Of a DNA stretch of 64,000 nucleotides, positions 1-11,900 are shown piece by piece. A model generated the notes under the pieces. That model was not told the DNA's origin and ran no database searches. It worked only from the letters and a program-made list of their open reading frames with translations. The stretch covers positions 38,626,001 to 38,690,000 of the forward strand of contig OX638156.1 of NCBI GenBank assembly GCA_951804945.1. Reading direction: 5' to 3'. The position numbers and the translations under genes were made by a program. The DNA is from Podarcis cretensis (lineage: Eukaryota). Position 1 is the stretch's first letter; each line of letters opens with the position of its first letter.

Positions 1-25
1 ATATAACATGACTTTCTTTCCATAG

Positions 26-127
26 GATTCTCTCTTGCCTTATGGAGCATTTGTATACAGAGAAGATGGTGGAAGATTGTGAGCACAGGCTCCTGGAGCT
101 CCAGTACTTCATCTCACGGGACTGGAA
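26..127 (+). CDS. GLG1: GLG1 exon (ILSCLMEHLYTEKMVEDCEHRLLELQYFISRDWK)
   Basis: catag|G ... GGAA|gtgagt; not in the ORF track. Confidence 0.95.
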
Positions 128-3100
128 GTGAGTGCTGGGCATGGGGACCCTCAGGGGCCCTGCAGTTCTGTTGCAGGACTTTCTAGCAGCAGCAGTTGGG
201 TCAAAAAGGTCTTGTACTGTGGGGTCATGGGTGGCTTTAATTCTCTAGTCACTAGCTAAAGGTTCAGAAAGAGTTATTTTCATTCACAACTTGGAGTACT
301 TGATGTTTATACACAACCGTTATTCCCCAAATTTCTGTCAATGCCTGCTACAGGAGGGGGAGACAAATTAAGGTAGAGGTTCTGGCCTGGGCATTACCTT
401 CAAGAGCTGCCTCATATTGAATGTGCACCACAGGATAATGCCCTCTCACCCCAAATTTCAGCCTCCGCCTAACTATGGAGGGTGTCTCAGTGTAAGCATT
501 GTGTCAAAAGTAAAGTTTCCTGTACTTATGTATTATTAATAGTGTTTTATGAACTGGCAGCTCATTAAGAAAAAATTGTAGTGATGTACAACACCATCAA
601 GTTATAATTATGTTTAAACATTATACGATTATAAAAACATGAAATACAGAACAAATGGCTTAATGCTAACTGACATTCTCTAAACACACTTAAGGCCTTT
701 GTGATTACAGTAGGAACAGTGTTCTAAAGTACTGGTGCCACTATGCTTTTTAAAAACTTTAGTTTGCATAGAAACCAAATGAAAGTATGATAACTGTTGG
801 ATAGTTAGGAGGGCTTCTCCAGCTGACCACAGTTAGCTGGCTGGTATAAGAGCATAGGGCCTGTTTCTCATGAGGACATATTTCTTTCTAGTGTAGGGTT
901 TAAATTGTTTTTGCTCCTTAAGAGCAAAATTCTTATGTACGTTCACATTCTTATGTGTACCAATACACTTTAACATTTGCGTAAAATTTTATAGCCCCAA
1001 GTGGCTTACAGAAAATCTTCATAATTATATTAAAATCTCAAACTGCAAAACTGTTACACAGTTGGAATTGGTTGCAGTAAAAAAACACAGATATTTTATT
1101 GGCGAGACTTTAAATATGTCTCAGTTTTATTACTCAGGTGACTCGCAACTTGTGTGCATTTAACTTGTGCAGTTGATGGCTGACCAGTTGAAATTGCACA
1201 AATTAAATGCATGGACGTCTGAGAACTTAAACACTCTTTTTGCACATTGTTTTCCCAGCACAAAAAGAGCTTTTAAGCTCTCAGACTTGCTTACTGGGCT
1301 CTGGGAGGATCTTGAATAATCTCAGACAGTCCCATGAGATCTTGTGGAAAACTCTTTGCCTTGCCTGGGGGCGTGGGTGTTATAAGACTCATTCAGCACA
1401 ACAGCTCCAGAAGGTAAGGATAGTCATGTGGGAGAGATTTGACTATACGTGTTTTTGAGTATATGCACTGTCCCTGGAACATAACCCCTGTGCAAGTTGC
1501 GAGTGACCTGTGCCTATTAAGGTTTTCATTTCTGATTTACTACATTCTAGAGGTGAAATGTTGTGTTGAAGTGAAATGCTGTTAATCTTAGGTGTGTGAA
1601 GAAAGGGCATTTTAGAACCTCATGGTGGCTTCACTGATTCTTCTACTTTGACAGACTGGATCTTGTGCTCTACCGCAAGTGCCAGGGAGATGCATCCCGA
1701 CTTTGCCATACACGCGGCTGGAATGAGACGAGTGAGATGATTCCTCCTGGGGCCATCTTCTCCTGCCTGTACAGACATGCCTATCGTACAGAGGAACAGG
1801 GGAGGAGGGTAGGCACCAGTCAGTTGCTTTAGCAGTCCTCCTTTATTGGAAAATGAATGTGATTTGGGGGTGTGTGCTAGTTTATCTGTGGCTTCAAATG
1901 TAAGCTTTGAATATCTCTTTAAGGCAGCAGAGAAACTGAACAGGTTATACTGGGGGAAAGCATGGAGGCAAGCCAACTATAGTCCACTCTACAGGTCACC
2001 TGGATGCTTTGTGACAACTAAGTAGGTATAACAAATGGAGACCCCTGTGCTTCTGTTTTAACCCTTTGAGATTGGGGTTTAATGTTTGAGCCTCTGGAGA
2101 CAGGAGTGCAGGAATTCCCCTAAAACCCTTTAGGAAGAAGCCTCAGAAAACACTTTTGTAGCTAAGGTATGTGGTCTTGCCTCTGTTTTTTGTAGCTGAG
2201 GTCAGTGCTGAATATAGTGGGAAATCTCTTCATGTGAAGGGTGGAGAAACAAAATAGGTGGCTTGTTGCATGAATGGCTGGTGAAGTTGTGACCACCAGA
2301 CAAATAATCAGCATCCTGTAGGTGGTAATTAGAATGTGGTTGGTGATGAGCTGAGCTGCATAATCAGGAATCCATGTGAGTGCAGTTTTTGCTGGGTTGA
2401 GTCATTTCAGACTTGGGGGCTGTGGGAAGAAAAAGGGAGTCCATGTGTGAATGCTTCCCTCATGTAAACTTTCTCCACAGGCAGAACTAGCATGTTGGGG
2501 AGAAGTGAGTTCTGAAACATCACCTCCCACCACAGCCTGAAATAGTGAAACCTTGAAAAAGGTGCACTGCATGACTTCCTGGCCTTGTATTCCAGTGTAT
2601 AAACTTAAGCTGGGGAGGAGAGGACAGTCTGCTGCCTCTTCTTCTGCAGCCTAAGTGATACCCACATACCTTTTCCCCTTCCCACCTTCTGAAGTAAGAA
2701 GGTGGCTGGTTGCTGCTTTGTGCCTGCTTAGGAAAGAACTGTTGAGCAGACTTGGCAGCTGCTCAGTTGCTCTGCAAGTCATTCTCCCTGTGGGGGAGAA
2801 AAATGGAGTAGTGCCTTTCTCCTTTTTTTCTGCCTTCTTTTTCTGCCAACATGAATTATGGTGGGTCTCCACTTGCTATGTCTAATTAGTTTTTAGGTTT
2901 CAGTAGTAAAATCTGTGCAGGATGCCATGCACAACTGCCTGTCCCTGGCACCGTTTTCAGAGTACCAAGAATTTTAAATCCCCAAAGAGTCCTTGCCATG
3001 CTCTAGCAGATCCTTCTGACTTCTGCTAGCCTGGAGATTTGAGGTTATCCCTACCAATCTAGCACTAGGCTTGTTTGTCTGTATTTTATTGGCTTCTTCT

Positions 3101-6100
3101 CTTAAACAGCAAGCCAGCCCCTCCACACACGTGATGCCACAGTATCTCATTCACTTTTTGACAACTTGTTTAGACTTGTCCTTCAATTAAACACCTTCTG
3201 TCTGGATGTGGGGACTTGTCCATCTAAGCTGCAGGGAAGGTTAAAAAAATGAGGGGAGGGGCCGCATGGGAGGCCTGCTCTGGGCCTGTGTGGGAGGTGA
3301 CCAAGCATAGCATAAAGAGAACTTTACTTTTACTAATGCTGGAAAGAGCACCTTCCTTCCCAGATTTGAGCAGTTGGGGTTGTTCATCTGGAACAAATTT
3401 GTACACTTGTTCTTGGCAGCTATCCCGGGAATGCAGGGCAGAAGTACAACGAATTCTACACCAGCGTGCCTTGGATGTAAAACTGGATCCAGCTCTCCAG
3501 GACAAGTGCATGATAGATCTGGGGAAGTGGTGCAGTGAGAAAACAGAGACTGGACAGGTATCTCAAAAATTTAAACCAATAATCTCATGTTGAAATTGTT
3601 GTATAAATTAGAAAGCAAAACACATTCACTTTAAATGCCCTGGTTCTGCTATTTCTTCATAAACATTTTTGAATTTTACTAAATTTTAATGATCAAAAGT
3701 TTCTGTATTGCGTTTTGTGCTTTGATTTAGCTTAATTAGTGAAGGGAAGGCACTAAACCCATGTGTGCATCAGGAGAAAGCAAAGCATTGTTTGTCCCAA
3801 TTTATCCAACCTAGAGCAACCTGGAGTGGTGACTTGCTGATCCCAGGGGTTATGTTGCATTGCAGTGTCTCTAAACACCACTTTTAAAGTCCATAGCAGA
3901 AGTGTGGTGTTGGTTGGGGTGAAACATTCAAATCAAAGTTTATTAAACGGTCACAGACCAGATTAACTCGTACAGCTAGTCAGCAAAAGATAACACCAGA
4001 AGAACAAAGGACAATTTCAATACAGATTAGGTCATAACAACAATTTAAAATTAGACAGCATAAATAAAATTAAATATTTGCCTTCACCTGCATATTGACA
4101 TTGGAAAGCTCTTGTTTCCTGCGCCTAATAGCAGCTACACAGAATTTGGCAACATTGATCGTAATTTCAGGGACCTTATCTTCTACCAAGGCTCTCATAC
4201 ATAGGAGTTCTGGTTTATTTTTAAGCTTTTGTAGAACTGGGGCAATAAAGGTCAGACGTAAGTCCTCGTAATAACTACAGTGCAGCAATACATGCAGACT
4301 TGTTTCCACTTCCGATGAGCCACATGGGCAAACACGTGACTCATATGGTTTGCCCTCATATCTGCCTAACAACAGGGCAGAGGGCAGAACGTTGAATCTG
4401 GCCAGGGTAAAGGAGTGTCTGTACTTAGGTATTTGTAAATCAGCCAGATAATTTGCGGGTGAGAACCCTCTCCCAAAGTCTCTAATTGTGGCATGTTTAT
4501 CCATTTTGCCCATATGACATTGCAGCTCTATGTCCCTAATGCGTTGGAGCACTTGACTTCTGGCACTCTCATATCCTGCCGCTATTAAGATCTGCGGGGA
4601 GAATCCCAAGCTTCTTATCTTTTCAAACAGGGAAGCTTTCCAGGTAGAATCCTGTACTGGATAAGTACAGGAACTATAGATCAGCCAACCTACCTTCGCT
4701 ACCATTAGACTGGTTTGAGTTAAAACGCAGTTATAAAGCTTTGATTAACAAGAAAAAGCTCCAGGCACAAAGGAAGGAATGGCAGTGCCTAGTGGAGGCC
4801 TCCCAAAAGAAAGATTCTGCCACGTTTTGGAAAACAATTGCAAAAAGCTGGAGAGACTCCCCGATTGAAATCGAATACTCTATACCCGCTGGAGCATGGG
4901 AGGCCTATTTCCACTCATTATATTCATCAAATCAACTGGCCCCAGTTCTGCTTCCTGCTTCAAGTGAATTTGGCAAGGAATGGCCCCCTGTAACCACAGA
5001 AGAAATTACTGGCCTTATTCAATCTCTTAAATCAGGGAAAGCCCCGGGTGCTGACAATATCCCACCAGAAATTCTTAAGGCAAATGTTGAATGGTGGGCC
5101 CCTGTGCTAGCCGCCTTGTTCACTAGTATAAATCAAGCGGCTATTATCCCCGAGGACTGGGGTTTAGCCATCATCATTCCAATATTTAAGAAAGGAAACA
5201 GAACTGAGCCAGCTAACTATAGACCAATCAGTCTATTAAGCGTTATTAGCAAACTGTACGCTGCTCATTTATGTGATAAATTGGTGGAGTGGATGGAAAG
5301 AGAGCATATTCTATCAGAAGCTCAAGCTGGTTTTAGAGCAAAGCGTTCAACTATAGACCAGGCCCTTGTCCTTCAACACCTGGCAGACAAATACTCTAGA
5401 AAAGGGGGGTCTTTATATGCAGCTTTTGTCGATTTTAAATCGGCTTTTGATCTAATACCAAGGGACAGACTCTGGGAAAAGCTTGGCGCTACAAACATAG
5501 ATAAACGCTTATTACGCCTTATCCGTGGTCTATACGAAAACACCAGGGTGAGGGTAAGATGCGATCGGTCAGGCCATCTAACTAAAGAAATTCAAACGCA
5601 CTATGGGGTTAAACAAGGATGTGTCCTCGCGCCAACGCTATTTAATTTTTATATCAACTCTCTAGCAGTAAATATGGCGAAAGAAAATGCCCACCCTCCC
5701 AAATTGGCAGGTGTGCCCCTCCCGGTGCTTCTGTATGCGGACGACGCAGTCCTACTCTCCTTTTCCTGTGTTGGCTTGAGGAAGCTTTTGAGATCACTTG
5801 CTGACTATTGTCAAGCGGAACAACTATCAATAAATTACAGCAAATCTAAAATTATGGTGTTCTCAAAAAAAAGAAGGAAACACAAATGGAGAATTAATGG
5901 TCAACCTATTGACCAGGTAGCAACTTTCAAATACCTTGGGGTGAAACGAAAGATGTCCCAGAGACATAGCAAGGTGCATTTGGGTGGCTTTCAAGGGATT
6001 AATGAGATGAACCCATTTGTTCTGTGTTAAGATTCTTTGTGTCCCCTTTAGGAACTTGAATGTCTCCAGGACCATCTGGATGACTTGGCGGCTGAATGCA

Positions 6101-6326
6101 GAGACATTGTTGGAAACCTTACAGAGCTGGAGTCTGAAGTAAGTAAGCTTTGTCTGGAAGGGAAAGCTCCAGTATTGTAGTTGTTAGACTTGCACCATGT
6201 GAATAGCATGCTGATTTGTGGGTTGCCCTCCCAAGTAACTTCAAAAGGGTGCCATTTTCATGTATTTGAGTCATCGAAGAAAGAAGGTAAAGTATCAGAT
6301 CTTAATTGGTTGTCCAGATAAAGTAA

Positions 6327-6377
<51 letters not shown>

Positions 6378-8929
6378 TCAGCTGTATGTGTAAAAGTTGT
6401 GCCTTTCTATGGCAGGTATCATTTCCTTAAAATGGCTGTGTTTTGGTCAACTCTAGTTAGCTTTTATTTGGGGCAGCAAACTTTAAGGCAGCCTTCCCCA
6501 CCCTGCCCCCCCCCCCAGATGCTTTGGGCTTCACCTCTCATCACCCTCAGCCAGCACAGCTGGAAAAGCTGCTTTAAGCAATATTTTTTGCAACCTGTTC
6601 CTGCTCTCAATGACTTCTTACAGTAGCTGTTCTTGTCAACAGAAGTCTTCCTAGCTTGTCTCTAGGGATGCTCACATCCCAGGAGACTTTCGCACTCTGA
6701 TGTACAAACATAACATGAGCAACAGTGTGAACTGTCAGAAAAACTGGGTGTGGCCTTGGGTGGACTTATTGCTTTCTCTCTCCCTCTTGTAGGATATTCA
6801 GATAGAAGCCTTGATGATGCGAGCATGTGAGCCAATTATCCAGACCTTCTGCCATGTAAGTAACTCTTACTCATACTTGTTCTAATTTGGATAAGGATTG
6901 AGTGTGGAGTTCCTCCATTAGTATCAGTTGAGGGGAGGAAGACCATAGCCATGTGCATGCCTTGTAGTTCCCCCTTCATGTTAAGCATACCTTACTGGAA
7001 TGTCCATAATTCTCAAGGGCACAACCAGCCTTCTTGCATCCCCAGTTCCCTGCTCAGAACTTAGCCTTAATTACAGTGCTGGTTTCGACATCCAAAAGTT
7101 ATAGCAAGCAGGTGCAAGACTGCATGTGTGCTGTGATTCCATTGGTGCACAGAATGGGACAGTGGTAATTCAGTTTTCTGGCCTTTTTCTTCTTCCATTT
7201 TCTAAAAGCAAATATCTGGTTTGCTGAAATATCTGAATATAAAGGGTGGGTGAAACAATTTCCAGTAGTCATGTGCAGGACTTTTCATTGTTAGTTTATT
7301 GATGCTCATCGTGCACAAAACCAGAATAAATTATACAGAGTAGGAGCGAGTATGTAGAATTCAGCTATTGTTGCATAGTCTTTGTATATCTCTGGCATAC
7401 CAGACGTAGTTAAATTGCAAAATGTGTTTATGGCATTTAATAGATTGTGTTGCATTTTTGGGTCCAGTGGGGGCATGTGCAGCTGTAAAGCAACTTGAGA
7501 GCTCTGGGGCTAACAGGCCCTGACTAGTCATTTTAACAATCAGGTTTCAAATGTAAGCCAGAGAGGTGCAATTACCTTCTCCAGCTTTAAATCATGGGTC
7601 CCGTTGCTTCCTCAGCTGAGGTACAGAGACTTCCAGGAAGGGAGTTAGTTCCCGACAGGTTGTCATTAGTCTGTCTGTCCCATCCCCCCCCCCCCCAATA
7701 TCCCATTCAGGAAGTGGCAGACAACCAGATTGACTCAGGAGACCTCATGGAGTGCCTCATTCAGAACAAACACCAGAAGGAGATGAATGAAAAGTGTGCA
7801 ATTGGAGTCACACACTTCCAGCTGGTGAGTGTGGCTGGTTCTCCAGCATCCCCTAGTTTGACTGAGTCTGGGAGCCAGACATCCATTATCCCTTTTCACT
7901 CTGGAAGGCCAAAGGCATTTTCCTGTCTGCTGGAATTTGAACTGTTATGGCATAGTCCCCTTTTCAGTGCTGCCTTGGCTTATTTGCCACAAATAAGCTT
8001 CCGGATGTTGACTACTTTGTGCCTTTAGCCACGTTCCTTCCAAATCTGCCATTCTCATTTTGTAATTGGAGGCAGGCAGTGCATGTGGTTGGACCCATAG
8101 TGATTTGGATGGGCATTGCATTCTACCTTAGCCTCACTAGAAGGGATAACTTGAACTGAAGCTCAAAGGTGGCAAGGGAAGAAGCAGGGCAGAGAGATGC
8201 CATTGACTAGGGCTGCAGTAGCAGATATTCTTTGAAAGACTTCCTGTGCCTGACCTTGAGAGGAGCCTGTTTGCTTTTCTTTCTTTAGGTTCAGATGAAA
8301 GATTTCAGATTCTCCTACAAATTTAAAATGGCCTGCAAAGAGGATGTCCTGAAGCTGTGCCCCAACATCAAGAAAAAGTATGTGTGTGTGTGTCAGAAAT
8401 TTGGCCTCATGGCTTTTGAATGCTAGAGAAAAATTTGTCTCTTAATCAGAAACTGGTAACTGATACCCAAGAGTTTTACACTAAGATAGCCTGGTGTTAT
8501 AACACTTCTGTCCTCTTCAGGGTGGATGTGGTGATCTGCCTGAGCACCATTGTACGCAACGACACGCTGAGAGATGCAAAGGAGCACCAGGTCTCCATGA
8601 AGTGCCGCAAGCAGCTACGTGTTGAGGAGCTGGAAATGGTAAAAGTTGCCCTCTTGTTACTCTGAGGCTTTGCAAAGGCTTCTGTGGAGGGTTGCATCAG
8701 CTTGCGCTACCCTGAAAATATTTGGCTGCCCCTCAGTGCTAGTTTCCTTCTCTCTAATTACCATTTCTTATATTCTAAATTGGGCTTATAGCAGGCTTCT
8801 TTGCAAACGTTGGCTTTTCCTGGCACCTTGCCACAAGAAGGCAGTTTTTGCTGAGCCAAAGCCAGCCCCAGCTGTTGGGGTTTAAGAGTCTTGTTCAACC
8901 AGCTCCCTTGGACCAATAGAACTGCAAGC

Positions 8930-8980
<51 letters not shown>

Positions 8981-11900
8981 GTGTGTGTGTGTGCGTGTGT
9001 TTTAAGGGATTTTTTCCAGAGCTCTCCTGGGCAGCCAAACTGAAGACTGCATTGCACAAGTGTGTTATGTTTTGATTCATAGCTTTGGCCTCAAATAGCT
9101 GAAAGACTGCCTCTTCCCAGTTGACCTTCTAGGGCAGCTTTTCTCAACCCAGTATCTTCAGATGTTCTTGAACTACAATTCTCATCATCCCTGACCACTG
9201 GCCATGCTGGCTAGGAGTGATGGGAGTTGTAGTCCAACAAAATCTAGGGACCCAAGGTTGAGAAAAGCTGTTCAAGGGTGTTCAGACCTGTAGAGGGTAG
9301 TTCCGTCACCCTCAGAAGTTGAGGGAATGGCAGCCTGGGAGAGGGTTTTCTCTGTGACAGCCCCTACATTGCGGAAGTCCCTCCCTACAGAAGTATCTCT
9401 AGCATCTTCATCGCATAGCTGAAGACATATCTCTTTCATCCTGGCCTTTGTTTTGTGGGGCCTCTTTTGCTGAATTTAAAGCGTTCTGTTCCACTTGGAA
9501 AGGTTTTGCTTGTTTTATAATTATAACAGCTTTATAAATTTATATTATTGTTGTAATCCACTGTGCAGCATGAGGGTGAAGAAGAATGAGTAAAGAGATC
9601 CTATTAAATAAATATATAACCTCAAGAGTGCTGATGGTTGCCTGCAGAAAGCTTCCTAGTTAGAAGATAAACACTTGGTTCTCTCATGGGCTTTTTACTT
9701 TTTGTAATTGGTTTTGTTTGCTTTGGATGTTCAAGCTTTCCACCTTCCCTTTGAGTCTGAATCCTTTTTCAATGTGATTCATCTTGCAGACTGAGGATAT
9801 CCGCCTGGAACCAGACCTTCATGAGGCCTGCAAATCGGACATCAGGGACTACTGCCAGAACGTCCCCTATGGCAATGCTCAGGTGATCTGCCTTTTCAGT
9901 GCGCGCTCTCTCTCTTTCTCTCTCTTTCGATGTTTCTGCCTAGCAAGAAAGGCTTTGACCGGAATACATTCTGCATCAAAGCCCATTTCAGTCTGCTTTG
10001 ATTTACAAACCTTTTGCTTGTACTCTGACTCACAGCCAAGTCCACTGGATGGGCTGATCAGGTTCCTAAGCACCACTGGCAAGTGTTTCTCCAGCACGAC
10101 AGAGCACTTCTCCATGGGCTCAATTTTCCTCTAGCTCTTCCTTAGTCAGTGGCTACAAAATATCCCACCCTTCCAAAGGAGGCCAGTTTACATTGAAACT
10201 ACCAGGTTGACTGTTGAAGAAAGAGCTTTTACTCGCTGAGTTGAACTTTCAGCCACTAAACCTTCCCCCCCCCCCAGGCTAAGTGAACACAGTGACTTCC
10301 ATCTTATGAGTTGGCTTTTAATATAATTTATTTTGGTACTTCTAAACCCTCCTCAATTTAGCATCCTCCTTAGAATACTTCACCCAAAATGTGCTGTGGG
10401 CAAGACCTCCTCAGTGCCACTATTGCTCCTGTTTTAGATGAGGTGCTGCTTAAAATAATGCAGGGGTTTGGCTATTTTGTTCCATAGCCTTTGCTTTGTT
10501 ATTTTAAAGCCATTGAGTCATTTCCTTACTCCCAGATTAGCAATGCTGCCATCTAGCGTCCAGTTACCCTTGAGATGTTCTATTTATTTAACTGCAGATT
10601 ATTGAGTGTCTTAAGGAAAACAAGAAGCAACTCAGCACTCGCTGCCATCAGAAAGTCTTCAAACTCCAGGAGACGGAGATGATGGATCCAGAACTGGATT
10701 ATACTCTCATGCGTGTTTGCAAGCAAATGATCAAGGTAAGGGTGGCTGGTTGATGAGGAGAGGTTTAGAATTAGGCCACATCATGTTGCTTTCAGTGTAA
10801 CATTTTCTCTCCATGCAAGAGTACATGTAGCTGACATTGCCTTGAAATAGGAATCCACATGGATTTTTGTAGGAAGATTTTTGGACGTTTAAACTGGGTT
10901 TCTGCCTGCTGCTCCTCATGAAGACTTATCAGTTTTGTTGATTTCCATATTTATTTGTCTGCAAAGGCAAAATCTTTCATTGGGAATTGGCCCATCTTGT
11001 ACACAAACCCAGAGGCCATTTCTGCATGGCATGGGATGATTTGTTAATATTCACAATATTCTATGGTGCAAACCAAATCTGACCATTTTTAGTGTACAAG
11101 CTTGACTCTTCATTCTGGAAAGAGTCAAACGGTTCTAATCTTAAAACATCTCCTGACCTCAAGTATGTATTTTTAAATATCTAGCTATGAATATGCAGTT
11201 GATACTCAACCATATTCTAATCTTCTACCAGATACTCAAACATATCTGGTGAAAGATCAGAGAAGTAAAACTGAAATGGCAAAGTGTCAAACCCTGGTTG
11301 AGGGGCAAGCTTTTTCTCTCTCCTCTGCTGTAACTTCTGTAGAACTTCAGGCTTTCTCAGAACTTTAGGCAGGTGCATGCCCTAAAGGCCTGATACTAAA
11401 GGAGATACAGCAAAAAGGCTCTTGGAAGTGCAGCGGCTCTTTGATTTCTCTTCAAAGTACTCAGACCAGCAAGAGGATCATATAGAATTATAGCTGAGCG
11501 AAGCCCCACTTTTCCCATCTTCCTGTCCTGTTCTTGGTTCAGTGTGTTTCTAAACTTTCTCTGCAAAAATACATTGATTCAGAGGTGCCGTTCCCACCAC
11601 CTCTCCTGACATTAATGGGCATGGGTATTAACACAACACCTTTTAAGAATTCATTCCATGCCAAGCAACCTCTGGGTTGGCCTGGAAGTGCAGTGAGGCC
11701 TGACTTGTGCCTCTTCAGCACTTTGCATTCAGGCAACAAGAGTCCTGGCTTAAGATGGGAAGTGCTGTTGCTCTCCCCTTGCTTACTTGTTGGTGCTTTC
11801 TCTCCCTCTGTCAGAGATTCTGTCCAGAAGCAGATGCAAAGAACATGCTGCAATGTTTGAAACAGAACAAGAACAGCGAAATGATGGATCCCAAATGCAA

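Noticed and set aside
3558-3566. Donor GTATCTCA as a U12-type intron
   Set aside because: It does not match the U12 consensus GTATCCTT, and I saw no U12 branch point before the 6051 acceptor.
4741-6030. 429-aa RT ORF as a domesticated gene or complete active element
   Set aside because: It has no endonuclease domain or real start. The last ~29 aa after KYLGV are read-through across the TSD into GLG1 intron sequence. It is half of a truncated, inverted LINE.
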